DNA from: Octopus sinensis
Lineage: Eukaryota
DNA length: 64,000 nucleotides
Assembly (NCBI RefSeq): GCF_006345805.1
Contig: NC_042999.1
Coordinates: 70,184,001-70,248,000 of the forward strand
Direction: 5' to 3'
Below, piece by piece: positions 38,975 to 52,094 of this stretch (position 1 is the stretch's first letter; each line of letters starts with the position of its first letter). The position numbers and the translations under genes are program-made. Under the pieces are notes generated by a model, which was given only the letters and a program-made list of their open reading frames with translations, made no database searches and was not told the origin of the DNA.

Positions 38975-39600
38975 TTGATTTCAAATTTTGGCACATAGGC
39001 GCAGGAGTGGCTGTGTGGTAGGTAGCTTGCTTACCAACCACATGGTTCCGGGTTCAGTCCCACTGCGTGGCATCTTGGGCAAGTGTCTTCTGCTATAGCC
39101 CCGGACCGACCAATGCCTTGTGAGTGGATTTGGTAGACGGAAACTGAAAGAAGCCTGTCGTATATATGTATATATATATGTGTGTGTGTTTGTGTGTCTG
39201 TGCTTGCCCCCCTAGCATTGCTTGACAACCGATGCTGGTGTGTTTACGTCCCCGTCACTTAGCGGTTCGGCAAAAGAGAACGATAGAATAAGTACTGGGC
39301 TTACAAGGAATAAGTCCCGGAGTCGATTTGCTCGACTAAAGGCGGTGCTCCAGCATGGCCGCAGTCAAATGACTGAAACAAGTAAAAGAGAGTAAAGAGA
39401 GAGTATAGCCCACAATTTCGAAGGAGGGGATAAGTCGATTACATCGACCCCAGTGTTTAACTGGTACTTATTTTATCGAACTCAAAAGGGAAAGACGAAG
39501 TCGACCTCGGCGGAATATGAACTCAGAACGCAATGATGGACAAAATGCTGCTAAGTATTCTCTCGGGTGTACTAACAATTCTGCTCGCTCACTGCCTTCT
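38975..39600 (-). mobile_element. SINE family 2 split by the family 1 insertion
   Basis: 38975-38995 plus 39405-39600 reconstruct one element. Confidence 0.8.
38998..39404 (+). mobile_element. SINE family 1, full length, nested in a family 2 SINE
   Basis: Near-consensus copy; family 2 tail TTTCAAATTTTGGCACA on the left, body continues on the right. Confidence 0.94.
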
Positions 39601-40584
39601 CATTTAAAAATTATTACTTGGAGTAATATTGTAGGTTGCTTTCATTAGTTTTGTTTTGTTTCTCTCGACGCATTATTTTCAGGTAGCTTTTCAATGCACC
39701 ATATAATAAATATGTTAACACATATTCTTTGTAATTCAACTTGCCATGCGATATATCTCGCGACGAAATAAACAAAATCTTGTTTGGTGTTGTAACTGAA
39801 AGAAACTTACTTGAAATGTAGTTCAGTTAATGTTAAAATACGTAATATAGTAAGCAATAAAAACATAATTAATAAACACTTAAGAGGCGAGAAGAGGTAT
39901 TAACTTGATGACTACTGTCACCTCAATCATTTCGACAAGCACAAGAGAAAAGTCTGCATATGTTTTGATTTTATGAAACTTCTTCAGCTAAACTTACGTC
40001 ACCAATGTAGTGATGGATTACTACGGATTTTCAATATTATACACGAGCATACTTGATGAATTAGCATTTGTTCTTATAAAAACCATAGCCTTATGGTTAA
40101 TTACTTAAAGATTCCATCTACATGAAAAATAACATCTGACTTAAGTAGTGAGCATTAAATACTTACTTTGAAATCCAGTATTTGAGGGCCTATGAGATGC
40201 GGTTTTATATGGGTCCTATATGAAAAGTTGGGCCTCCCATAAGCGTTAATGGGTCTCTTATGCGAAGCTGGGCCTCCCATAACTTTTAAACTTGTTTTTT
40301 TTTTCCTGAATATGCACTGCTGAAATGTAATGTGCCTGATATGCCCGTGCAATTTCTATGCTCTTAGTTCATCCTAAAAGAACGTTCTCAAATATAGGCA
40401 ACGTCATTGGGTTGGGTTGGATTGCCAACGTTCAGTTCACTTCAAAACGAAGGCTTTAGCATGTTCTCTTCATCAACCACGGTCTGATGTCGAGGCCGAG
40501 AATTTGAGCTTCAGAGTACTCTGCCACACTGCTTCAACGTGGCTTGGCAGCAGCAGCATCTGATATTTCTTATGTTTTTCTATA

Positions 40585-40780
40585 CGAGAGGTGCTGAAAA
40601 GTTCTTGGGTAAATGAAAATACAGGAGGATCAGTTAATAATGATTTTATTCAACATAATCCCCTCTCAGATTCACACACTTATTGAAGTGGTCCTTCAGT
40701 TTTTCTAAGCCCTGTAAAAAAAAAAAAATAAATAAAAACTCGGACGGTTGGACCTCCAACCAGGCCTTTCGCAACACCAT
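40585..40780 (-). mobile_element. Mariner 3' end relic
   Basis: TA|CGAGAGGTGCTGAAAAGTTC terminus; FTGLRKLKDHFNKCVNLRGDYVE*. Confidence 0.82.
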
Positions 40781-40792
40781 TAAAGCTAGTAA

Positions 40793-41166
40793 GGAGGCGC
40801 AATGGCCCAGTGGTTAGGGCAGCGGACTCGCGGTCGTAGGATCGCGGTTTCGATTCCCAGACCGGGCGTTGTGAGTGTTTATTGAGCGAAAACTCCACGA
40901 GGCTCCGGCAGGAGATGGTGGTGATCCCTGCTGTACTCTTTCACCACAACTTTCTCTCACTCTTACTTCCTGTTTCTGTTGTACCTGTATTTCAAAGGGC
41001 CGGCCTTGTCACTCTCTGTGTTACGCTGAATATCCTCGAGAACTACGTTAAGGGTACACGTGTCTGTGGAGTGCTCAGCCACTTACACGTTAATTTCACG
41101 AGCAGGCTGTTCCGTTGATCGGATCAACCGGAACCCTCGTCGTCGTAACCGACGGAGTGCTTCTAC
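40793..41166 (+). mobile_element. SINE family 3, tail type B
   Basis: 12-bp TSD TAAAGCTAGTAA at 40781-40792 and 41167-41178. Confidence 0.94.
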
Positions 41167-41974
41167 TAAAGCTAGTAACTTTTCTGCACCTCTTCGAATA
41201 CTAATTTAGCCAGTCGTGTCAAGGGCCTCTGAAACCTTGTTTCTCTTGACAACGTCTATTCTTCCTGGTAATCTTTCTAGCATGGAATTGTTGTATTTGT
41301 TTGTATTACTTCGCTTTTATTTTTGTTTACGTTTCATTTCGTTTTTGTATTTGGTTATTTTTGTTTCGTTTGTCTTATTAATTTTTAGTTGGATTTGTTC
41401 TTGTTCTTTAGCAACACAATCAGCCTTACGAAAGAGTTTAGGGTTTGGCAAACGGTAGAGCACCAAACAAAACACCTCACTGCAATTGTTTATAATCATC
41501 TATTTAATCTTCTCGATTCATGTTTAGCCCGCAAGGTGGAAATTTTCACTTCTGTTCTTTCAGAGACAGTAAAATAAGTATTAATGAAAAAGTAGGTTTA
41601 TACATTCGACTATACTTTCTCCATAGAGTATGTAACCTTGTGCGGATATCAGAAATAAATACCATCAGTATTTGATTTCAAGTTACCGTTTTATTTGCTT
41701 CTAAGATGGTTCTCATAATGAGTATTGTTCATAGAATAATGGGGTTCTTTTCTTCCTTTTGACAAGACTCTGTAATTGACAGAAGACAGATATGTTAGAT
41801 CCATTGGAAAATACAAGAAATGGATAAAGTTTCAATTGCAAAACTTCGCCATTCCAAATGTGTGTACTTATGTGTGTGTCCGTGTGTATTTTTTTTTCTT
41901 ATTTGTATATGCTTTATACACACACACACATACACACACACATATATGCATATTTGTATATATATATAAAATAC

Positions 41975-42290
41975 AAAATGAGACAAGAACGCAAAACATC
42001 CGGACAGCTAGGTGATACAAAAAGGGATAACAAAACATCCAGATAGACGATACAAAGAAAACAAGGACGGGTCATTCGAAGTTTTCTTTCCTCAGTGAAG
42101 CACCAGATTATCCTCGCAATTCCGTCTGATTATTCTTGAGATTGCTCCAATCTGGCCAGCCCCAAAGAAAAACTAAGCTAAGAGCATTAGATTCCTTGGA
42201 AGAAAGCAGCGAATGTATACAAAAACAAGGACGGAAAAAACGGAGAATGTTATACAAATATAAATACAGTTAAAAATACAATAAAAATTA
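41975..42290 (-). mobile_element. Short repeat family H2
   Basis: Homologous to 52402-52670; abuts (TA)n. Confidence 0.6.
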
Positions 42291-42607
42291 TATATATATT
42301 TATACGAATATGTGTGTGCGCGCGTGTGTGTGTGTGTGTAAGTGCGTGTGTGTGTACGTATGACACGTATGCATGTATGTGTGTGCATGTGTGTGAGCGT
42401 GCGTGTATGAGTGACGATGAACATTGAATCAATGTTGATATATATAGCACAAAATAATTCTTTAATTGGGCTGCCAACAAAGCTGATGTTCTGAGGTGGC
42501 ATTGCAGTAGGTGGGACAATGAAGGAGAAATATATACGTTATTAAAATCGCTTATCAAAATTAACTTAGTCTTTTAACACATTAAAGCTTTATTGTTCAA
42601 CAAAACT

Positions 42608-42985
42608 AGGCGGCGAGCTGGCAGAAACGTTAGCACGCCGGGCGAAATGCGTAACCGTATTTCGTCTGCCTCTACGTTCTGAGTTCAAATTCCGCCGAGT
42701 TCGACTTTGCCTTTCATCCTTTCGGGGTCGATAAATTAAGTACCAGTTACGCACTGGGGTCGGTGTAATCGCCTTAATCCGTTCGTCTGTCCTTGTTTGT
42801 CCCCTCTGTGTTAAGCCCCTTGTGGGTAGTAAAGAAATAGGTATTTCGTCTGTCTTTACGCCGAGGTTGACTTTGCTTCATCCTTTCGGGGTCGATAAAT
42901 TAAGTACCAGTTGCGTACTGAGTTAGATCTAATCGACTTATTTCCTCCACCAAAATTTCGGGCCTTGTGCCTAGAGTAGAAAAGA
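42608..42985 (+). mobile_element. SINE family 2, full copy plus partial second copy
   Basis: GGCGGCGAGCTGGCAGAAACGTTAGCACG head; partial repeat from ~42840. Confidence 0.92.
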
Positions 42986-44239
42986 TTATTCTACAAAACT
43001 GTTTAAGGTTCAGATTTAAAAAAAAAAAAGATTAATTAGAAAACTGGCCTTTACATCTTCAAAAGTGATATTGCTTTTGTAGTGGATACGAAAAAATTGG
43101 GAATTTCTGTGCTGTAACTGTAACTGTAATAGAAATTGAAATTGAAATTTGGGTCTTGAATAATAGACGATAAAAACATGACCCACTAGATCCCAGTGAA
43201 GAAGAAAGAACTTGTTTTACTTGGATAAGAGTTATATTATAACAATTGACCAAGCAAACTGCTTGTCAGACAAAAAACTTGGGCGAGAACGCACACATGG
43301 AAGGGAGACTGACGTGCAACAATACGACAGGGTGAACGCTACGTTCACGCGCGAATAACTATTGGTCGTCTTATTCTTAACACTCTGCTCCACAGTGTTA
43401 CTCTTCTTGGTAGAAATAACAACCAAATCTTCCATAAATCACTCTTTATCATCTTGAGAAAGGAAAAGAGAATGCGCGTAAAGCCATGTAGTCGTCCTAA
43501 ATATGAAAAATATGGGATGGTCATTGATGGAATGCCTTGGATTACAGGTCTTCTCGATCGGGCCCGACCTCGGTACAAACAACTACAATAATATATGCAA
43601 TGTTATTTGTGTGTTGTATCCATTTCTTGATCTTCTTCGTGGTTTCAAGTATACAAACTGAATTATAAAAACTTTCATACTGCCTTATCTGGAATTTGCC
43701 GATATCGCCAGTTCCCATGTTTGTAACGTGTCCCGATAATCCTGACTTTGATAAACAAGTGAAGATGAATTGAGTGGCATTATCTTTGAAAGAGTTGAAA
43801 ATAGAAACAGAACATGGTAGAAACTGCCAAACATGAACGCATAATTTGACACGACAAGCAATATATATATATATCTAACAGCTCTGATCAGACGATAAGA
43901 GCTAACGAGATCAGTTTCGCGTAGGACAAGTGTAAGTTGCTATCAATACATCTGAGTAATGAATCTCCAACATCAAATTTTAGGAGAGAACATATGCGGG
44001 GCAAGATTAACTGCGTGGGAGAACGAAAATTTCTGTTAGATACAGTATTTATTTTGATATCTTGGGCTGTTGTAAAAAGCCCGGCGGGTTAACGAGACGT
44101 TGTCATAAGGAACCCGTAAATTATTTCAAATGATATTCAAAGCGATGACAGCTTTATCTCCGATGATACACAGCCCTGCTTTTTCAAAACGCAGAAATAA
44201 ATAAATATACACGCGCGTGCTTGCGTGTGTGTGTGTGTG

Positions 44240-44304
<65 letters not shown>

Positions 44305-44388
44305 CGTGTGTGTGTGTGTGCGTTTGTATCGCGTTTATGTTTTCTTTGCTTTTCCTCAGGCTCGTTTTAATCCCGAGGTATATATATA

Positions 44389-44950
44389 CAGGGTGTTTCG
44401 GATAAATTTGACGATTCTTTATATCTCCCCTTTTCAGAAACAACCTCGTGTATTGGTAAATTGTCAACGGCGTTGGAAAGCATAGACATTAAAGGTGTAA
44501 TTGAGAAAAAGTTAGCTAACATGTAGGACTGGAAGCTATCTGAATAGTGGGAAAGAATTACCTGATTCATAATGATTGGCACCAAGCATCAAAATGCCAA
44601 TATCATGACTGCTGCTCAGTGCTCTGTGAACACTGTAAAGGTTGTAAGACCAGTCGTGGACAGCTGCAACAGAGACTACAAAACCGTGGTCAGCAGGAAG
44701 GGACACAGCAGTTGGGTGTGTCTCCAGTGAGGGTGACATCATACCTCCCCACATCTTTGAACAGGGTTTTGCGCTCAAATCCGACCACTACGTTAAAGCT
44801 GGTGGAGACTGTGGTCAAACCCTGGCTGGGAAGAGTTACTGCTGGAAAGTCATATATGTAGCAGCAGTGTTTAATATATAAAATTGGCACATCCAATAGT
44901 GTTGCACCGCTATATTTAGTGGCTATTTGAGCAATGAGTTCGTGGATGAT
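44389..44950 (+). mobile_element. Tc1/mariner relic, internally deleted
   Basis: TA|CAGGGTGTTTCGG terminus; LGCVSSEGDIIPPHIFEQG...Y..LVETVVKPWLGRVTAGKSYM*QQ across frameshifts. Confidence 0.8.
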
Positions 44951-44960
44951 TAATGGGTTG

Positions 44961-45013
44961 GATGAGTACTGATGAAAGAGCAAAAACTACTGAAATATGC
45001 ATATACACTCATT
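44961..45013 (+). ncRNA. Type I hammerhead motif, canonical core, slightly decayed
   Basis: GATGAGTA-CTGATGA-A-AGAG(CAAAAA)CT(A)CT-GAA-ATATGCATAT-A-CACTCATT: 7-bp stem I after one mismatch, 10-nt palindromic stem III. Confidence 0.6.
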
Positions 45014-46142
45014 ACCTATTTTTCTGTCTTTGATCGCATTGTTTACATAGATGTATTCGTATACGAAACAACGTAGCTTTCAGCGCAGGCTCTTAATTCT
45101 ATAGAATATATGTAGAAATTACTTTAAAATATAGACCTACATATACTATGATTGAGTTTTAAAACAAAGCTATAGGTCACAGTCGAAACAGTTTTCATCG
45201 TGTGTTTGCTGCATGGGGGTTAATTTAAGGTTAATAACAACAACAACAACAGCAAAAACAACAGCTGTTGCTTTATATAAATAGGGTCTGTAGCTCTATT
45301 TCTATCCAGGATGAGATCTCAGAGAAAAAAAATTGTATTGTGATGATAGGTAATTCGTCGGAGAAAATATTTTGTGGTATTTAGTTGCTGATGCCCTTTA
45401 GGTTCTGAGTTTAAATTTTGACCCTTCTCTTTCCGGGTCGATAAAACAAAGTACCAGCCAAGTACCGTTGCCGATTTTATATTCCCATGAGGCTATCCAA
45501 GATAGAAATGAAAGAAAAAGAAATTGTATCATTGCCAAGGAACTATATAATTCTTAGTTCAAATCGAAAATTTATTTTGTAAATGCCATTCTAGATGAAT
45601 ATAAACAGCAACATTTTTTCATAGACAAACTACCACTTTAATTCTCTTCAAGTTGGCAGATATTTGAACTGATGAATGTAAACTAGTGGTTCTACGGTTT
45701 CTTCTTGAAGTCTATAGATTTACAAACTTCGTTGCAATAATCTCAATAAACGTCTAAAACTTGCTTTATGCTTATATTATCTTTCAAATATTTATTTTCA
45801 CGCGAATCGTCATTACTATTTATACGTTAGTCTAGAAAACTTAAAAGATATCTTTTGACTGAGAATTAGATAAACTGTTTCTGGAATTATGTCCATGTTA
45901 ATTCTTTTAGATTGCACCAGACAGTATTACCAGAGCCATTATACGAGAAAGGTGTTTCTTATAATCAAGCATGAAGAATTCGAGATAACAAACAATTTAT
46001 TCCTCTTTAACCCGAACAGAAAAATCTAAACTCTAGAGAACAACAATTGTAATTGAGGCGTTGTTCACATAGAAATCTTTCCAACATACTAAAGCTTTCA
46101 CCATGATTGATTTTAATCTTCTTTTGTTAAAAGTTTTAAGAA

Positions 46143-46538
46143 TGCGTAGGAGTGGCTGTGAGGTAAGTAGCTTGCTTACCAACCACATGGTTCCGAGTTC
46201 AGTCTCACTGCGTGACACCTTGGCCAAGTGTCTTCTACTATAGCCTCGGACCGACCAAAGTCTTGGGAGTGGATTTGGTAGACGGAAACTGAAAGAAGCC
46301 CGTCATATACATATATATGACGGGCTTCTTTCAGTTTCCTTGGCCAAATGTCTTCTACTATAGCCTCGGGTAGACGGAAACTGAAAGAAGTCGCTATATA
46401 CATATACATATATATGACGGGCTTCTTTCAGTTTCCGTCTACCAAATTTACTCACAAGGCTTTGGTCGGCCCGAGGCTTTAGTAGAAGACACTTGGCCTA
46501 AACCATGTGGTTGGTAAGCAAGCTACTTACCACACAGC
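46143..46538. mobile_element. Two family 1 SINE 5' halves joined tail-to-tail at the internal (TA) tract, with patchwork centre
   Basis: + head at 46143, - head ending at 46538; GACGGGCTTCTTTCAGTTTCC and its complement each occur twice. Confidence 0.85.
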
Positions 46539-46574
46539 CTAGTGATCAAAGGTATGTCAAAACGACGCTGTCTG

Positions 46575-46740
46575 AACAGATGCGCAGTGTACCACACGTT
46601 AGATGTCAAAGTGATCACAGAGTAACATGAAATAAAATACCTTGCTCGAAAACACAACATATCGCCTGGTCCGCGAATCGAAATCATGATCTTGAGTTCG
46701 TGAGCACAACGCCCTAACCACTAGGCCACACGCCTTCACT
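46575..46740 (-). mobile_element. SINE family 3-related 5' part
   Basis: CCCTAACCACTAGGCCACACGCCTTC head on the minus strand. Confidence 0.75.
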
Positions 46741-47182
46741 ACTTTAGGATAATGGACACATAAAAATCTCAACCAAGTGGTGGTTTGATGCATCACTAAG
46801 CGATTTTAGGTATTTCGTGTTCTGGTTTGTATCAGCGATTCTCTTAGACATATATTTGGTATTATCAGACAATCTTCAGCAAGGGGAATTTCACAGCCGT
46901 AGTGTGGACAGCCATGGCAAGAGACATCAGTATGCATTCGGCTGTGTTTCGGTTATGCATCCCTTCCTTCTCTGACAAGCGTCCTCTTTACATATGGCAC
47001 ACGGCACATGTGCACCAGTTCGAATTACACAATTAAGAAGGAATGGAGTTGGCACAGCAGAAATTTATTCAACTTAAAACAAATTTTTTTTAGTAATTTG
47101 TTCTGAAGCAACACTACAAATTTATTCATTTATTTTTATTTATTTATTCACTTCTTTACTGCTTGGTGTTAACATATTCATT

Positions 47183-47216
<34 letters not shown>

Positions 47217-47425
47217 CCATCATCGTCATCATCGTCTTCGTCGACGTCGTTATTAATCAAGAACAACACTATCATGTAAGAATTTTATTTGTGCGTGTGC
47301 GCGCGCGTGTCTATGCGTATATATTTGTAAGATTTATATACGTATATATCTTTAAGGCATATATATATATATGTGTGTGTATATATGTGTGTGTGTGTGT
47401 ATTTGTGTATGCATACATATATATA

Positions 47426-47457
47426 CGTTTCAGCTTATATATATATACATATACATA

Positions 47458-47513
<56 letters not shown>

Positions 47514-47549
47514 ATATAAAGTATGTATATGTATATATAAGCTGAAACG
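47426..47549. repeat. 124-bp palindrome centred on (TA)n
   Basis: CGTTTCAGCTTATA...CATACTT / AAGTATG...TATAAGCTGAAACG. Confidence 0.9.
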
Positions 47550-47889
47550 GATCTATAATACTGCATCGTATGTAAACGCGGAGTAGATGAAACAGGGACA
47601 ACTGATGAAGGGGAACATTCTTTACGTTGTATGTCTCATTTCTCTGTTTGTTTTTTTCGTTGTTCGAAAAAAAGATCGTTTTGTATCTTTTCATTTTTAT
47701 GTTTTCGTTTCTCATTGTGTTAAACGTTTTTTTTATGTCCTGTACCCATATATACATATATATATATATGTAGGTATGTACATATATGTATGTATATATG
47801 CATATATTTATATATTTTTTTATATTATCATATGATCGAACACCACGCATCCTTTTCCAAGTAAGTTTTATCAATATATATGCATATAT

Positions 47890-48090
47890 ATGATAGATCG
47901 CCATGATAGATCGCTAGCCACTATACATTCTTTATTTTTCCTCCTTGTTTCTTTCTGTGTTCCTCTCTGTGGAAGAGCGTAGGCTCGAAACGTTAAAGAC
48001 TTTTTCACTTCCCGAGCGTTATACTAATACATCTGTTTGTTGTTTACACCACCTGCCTTCGTCTTTCTTTTGTGAATTCTCCCCCTATAT
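47890..48090 (+). mobile_element. Short Penelope-like repeat, family H1
   Basis: Homologous to 4158-4355. Confidence 0.65.
47963..47998 (+). ncRNA. Minimal hammerhead motif, core CUGUGGA
   Basis: CTCT-CTGTGGA-A-GAGC(GTAG)GCTC-GAA-ACGT-T-AAAG, one stem I mismatch. Confidence 0.6.
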
Positions 48091-48494
48091 ATGCATACAT
48101 ATATATTCATTGTTATTAATTAACTACTATACTGAGTAGTATTACCAGTTATGCGGTACACAGCAAATGTATGAAAAATAGAGATAAACGCAAGTCATAT
48201 TAAAGTTCTCGCGCGCATTTCACCATTATGGTTGCTTGGAGCCTTGTGATAGATGTTCCAAACGTGTATGGATGCCCAAGCACAACAAAATAAAATTTTC
48301 TCGCGGGATTCATTGTGGTTGGGCATCTATATGCATTTGGAGCATCTATCACTTGGCTCCAAACAACCATAATGATGAAACGTGCGTAGGAACTGTAATA
48401 TAACGTGTTTACCTTTATTCTTTTCAGCTATGTGTGTGTGTCTGTGTGTCTGTGTCTGTGTCTGTGTCTGTGTGTGTCTGTGTGTGTCTGTGTG

Positions 48495-48554
<60 letters not shown>

Positions 48555-48557
<3 letters not shown>

Positions 48558-48870
48558 GGAGCACCCCGTCGGTTACGACGACTAGAGGCCCAGTTGACAC
48601 GATCAACGGAACAGCTTGCACGTGAAATTAACGTACAAGTGGTTGAGCATTTCACAGACACGTTGCCCGTAACGCAGTTCTCAAGGAGATTCAGCGTGAC
48701 ATAAAGTGTGACAAGGCTGGCCCTTTGAAATACAGGTACTACTCATTTTTGCCGGCTGAGTGGACTGGAGCAACGTGAAAATAAAGTTTCTTGCTCAAGG
48801 ACACAACACATAGCTGGGGATTGAACTCACGACCTTACGATCGCGAGCCGAATATCCCAACCACTAAGCT
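48555..48870 (-). mobile_element. SINE family 3-related, tail type B
   Basis: CCGTCGGTTACGACG tail and tRNA-like head. Confidence 0.85.
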
Positions 48871-48881
48871 ACACATCTTCA

Positions 48882-48959
<78 letters not shown>

Positions 48960-48963
<4 letters not shown>

Positions 48964-49360
48964 TGGTAAGTAGCTCGCTTACCAACCACATGGTTCCGGG
49001 TTCAGTCCCACTGTGTGGCACCTTGGGCAAGTGTCTTCTACCATAGCCTCGGGCTCAGTGGTTAGAGCATGAGGTTGTGAGTTCGATTCCCGGACAGGGC
49101 TGAGCGTTGTGTTCTTGAGCAAGACACTTTATTTCACGTTACTCCAGTTCACTCATCTGTAGAAATGAGTTGTGACATCACTGGTGCCAAACTGAATCGG
49201 CCCCTTTGCCTTTCCCTTGGATAACATCAGTGGTGTGGAGAGAGGAAGCTGGTATGCATGGGCGAATGCTGGTCTTCCATATACGACCTTGCCCAGACTT
49301 GTGCCTGGGAGGGTAACTTTCTAGGTGCAATCCCATTGTCATTCATGACCGAAGTGGGTC
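48960..49360 (+). mobile_element. Family 1 SINE 5' fragment fused to a family 3-related SINE with a third tail type
   Basis: Switch at ~49045 (GCCTCGGG|CTCAGTGGTTAGAGC); central TTGTGTTCTTGAGCAAGACACTTTATTTCACG domain. Confidence 0.75.
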
Positions 49361-49461
49361 TCCCATGTATGAATGTATGTATGTATGTGTGTATGTATGT
49401 ATGTATGTATGTAGTATGTATGTATGTATGTACGCACAAACGTTTGTATAAATATGTATGA

Positions 49462-50330
49462 TCTCTTCTATTTTAAATCATTTGAATTCTTACGAGGAAG
49501 GAGTTAATTTCTAATAAGAATTACAAAGCTCCCTAGTTGGAATGGCGATAACAAAAACAATGTCACATATTAAACTTTAGAAGTCTTGCTTGGTTTTACT
49601 GTTCTGCTTACAGACGCTATTTGTAACGTACGTGTTAGCTGGTTTTTTTTTTGGGGGGGGGGTCAGAAAACCTTGGCTTTTCCAGATTGTTACTTAGGCA
49701 TTTAATTACATTACCAAATGCACCAATTATTATTGGTATAATGGGAATTTATAATCTGAGTATAAAAGCTGGAGGCTTCGAAGCGTAGATATTCTCTTTC
49801 TCTTTGATTTTCAAAGAGATATTCGCATCAGCAGGACAGCTGGCCTCTATGTCGGTACATATTTTTCCTTGTTTGTTACAAGCAACTGCTTGTGGCCAAG
49901 TTCCACCAATATTCCTTGAGTTAGTGTTTATGTATGTGTTCAATAATAAGGCGATTCTCTATATCTATCGCAGGACAATTTTTTTTTTCGGATGGCATTC
50001 TCTTTTACTCTTTTACTTGTTTCAGTCATTTGACTGTGGCCATGCTGGAGCACCGCCTTTATTGTATGTTTTTTTATTGACAATGTGTCACATTGGAAGG
50101 TAGTACCTTGATAACACTTTTGGACAACTACTGTTCACATGTGTGATGTCTTCCGCAGAGATGTGACATTATCGGCATTTTTTGTTGCTTCTTGGAGTTC
50201 CAATGACGTCACAGTCTCTTTTCTTCAGTGGGTATTTTGTAGCAATCTCCAGTTCTTGGATTGCAAAGACATAGCACTTGAAGTATGATGTGATGTAACG
50301 GTTGACAATATTAGTGCTGTCTTTAAGGAG
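49462..50330 (-). mobile_element. Decayed 3' part of a restriction-like-endonuclease (R4/Dong/NeSL-type) LINE, interrupted by a SINE fragment at ~50005-50060
   Basis: YVFAIQELEIATKY, KKCR*CH...EDITH.NSSCP...RYYLP (CCHC), KEYWWN, IE.SCPADANISLKIKEKENIY, IPIIIGAFG. Confidence 0.85.
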
Positions 50331-50339
50331 GAGATCTTT

Positions 50340-50710
50340 CAGAATTGTTAACACTGCCGGGCAAAACGCTTAGCAGTATTTCATCCATCTTTACATTTTG
50401 AGTTCAAATTCCGCCAAGGTTCGGGGTCGACAAAATAAGTACCAGTTTAACACTGCGATCGCTGAAATCGATTTATCCCTACCCACGAAATTTCTGGCCT
50501 TGTGCCAAAATTGAAAACCAACATTAGAGCTATCTTTAAGGCGGTGTGCTGACAAAATCGTCAGCATGCCGGGAGAAATGCGCTTAGCGTCATTTTGTCC
50601 GTCTTCACGTTCTGAGTTCAAATTACGTTGAAGAATTTGGGGTCGATAAATAAATACGAGTGTTCAACTCTTTCGAAATTGCTGGCCTTATGCCAAAAAA
50701 TTTGAAATCA
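50340..50710 (+). mobile_element. Two degenerate family 2 SINEs
   Basis: Family motifs at 50340-50520 and 50535-50710. Confidence 0.8.
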
Positions 50711-51219
50711 ATATTAGTTCTATCTTTGAGTCATCTGGAAATACACCCATGCAGTTTTTTCCTTCCTTTCTTTCTTTCACAAACAACTCTTCTACAGAGC
50801 TATGTTAATCCAGCTGTTTTGGGGATTGTATGGGAGGCCGTCATTTAGAGTATTTCTTGAGAAGCAGCTCACCGCTGACACGTAAGATGTTACTCTCTTT
50901 GTTTTTCTCCACTAAGTTTTATGTATTTATTTTTGCTGTTGTTTAATACGTGTTCCGTGTGAGAGATACTTCACGAATTCGATGGCTGTCCGCACTGACC
51001 TCATGTATTCTTTCGTCTTGTTAATTTCACTGTTTCTGTTAGAGTTTCCAGATCTTAAGGTTTTTAATGCCAATGGAGCGTATTCCCTCTTGGTGGTGGT
51101 GGTGGTGGTGTTACTTGTTATGCCTTGTTTTTAGTTCGTCCCGTGACAAACACTTCTCTCGTTGCCATGACAATCGTCTCTTCAATCTCCAGGTAATGAC
51201 CAGTGTATTTTAACAGTTA

Positions 51220-51289
51220 CAATAATAATAGTAACGATGATGATGAGGAGGGACGACGACGACGAAGATGGTGATAATGATGGTGTTGT

Positions 51290-51327
<38 letters not shown>

Positions 51328-51460
51328 TTGATGATGATGATGATGATGATGGTAATGATGATGATGATGACAATAAGAACAGCAACAACAACTTCAGCGA
51401 TAGTAAGAACAACAACACAAGTAGTAATGATAACAATAATAAAGAAAATAAATTCACGTT
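51220..51460. repeat. Compound (TAA)/(GAT)n/(AAC)n trinucleotide array
   Basis: Direct inspection. Confidence 0.92.
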
Positions 51461-51696
51461 TCAAAGAAACATTTGTCTGAGAAAAACTGATACTATTGTA
51501 AGTTGTGTGTGTTTTGGCACTTTTAATGGAATGTGACAGTAGGTGGATTCCGAGTAGACGAGAGGAACAGCAAAATTTGGTTTACCTGTAATTGGGAGAC
51601 GTGAAATAAAGAGAGGCAGCGAGAAGAAACAGGAAAGAGAGATGACTACAGAATGATACAAATAGAGAAATACAGATACGTATGAAAGCATGTACG

Positions 51697-51746
<50 letters not shown>

Positions 51747-52094
51747 GTACATGCATTCATACTTAATACATATATACATACACTCATATTTACATATGTA
51801 TATAAATGTGTTCCTCCCCCCTCTTCTCCCCTTTCTTTTTCTCCCACCCCACCCCCTCCCCTCTCCCCCCTTATCTCCCCCTCCCCCTCTTCTCCTCTCT
51901 CTACACTACACCATACGACTTTACACATCACATCATATATACATACACACGTCCAGACCTCTCATACGCACAAATACTCTCTCATACACACACACACACT
52001 CTTCTCATACACACACACACACTCTTATGTTGGAGCGAGGTCATTCAACCCTATTATCTCCCCTAATTTCGCTCTTGCGTCTCATGTTTGATCT

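Noticed and set aside
43232-43578. Overlapping minus ORFs near a strong pyrimidine-rich acceptor
   Set aside because: No recognisable homology or donor site; two of three phases stop within a few codons
47596-47635. ACAA-CTGATGA-A-GGGGAACATTC hammerhead-like start
   Set aside because: No GAAA and stem II is poor; at best a dead remnant
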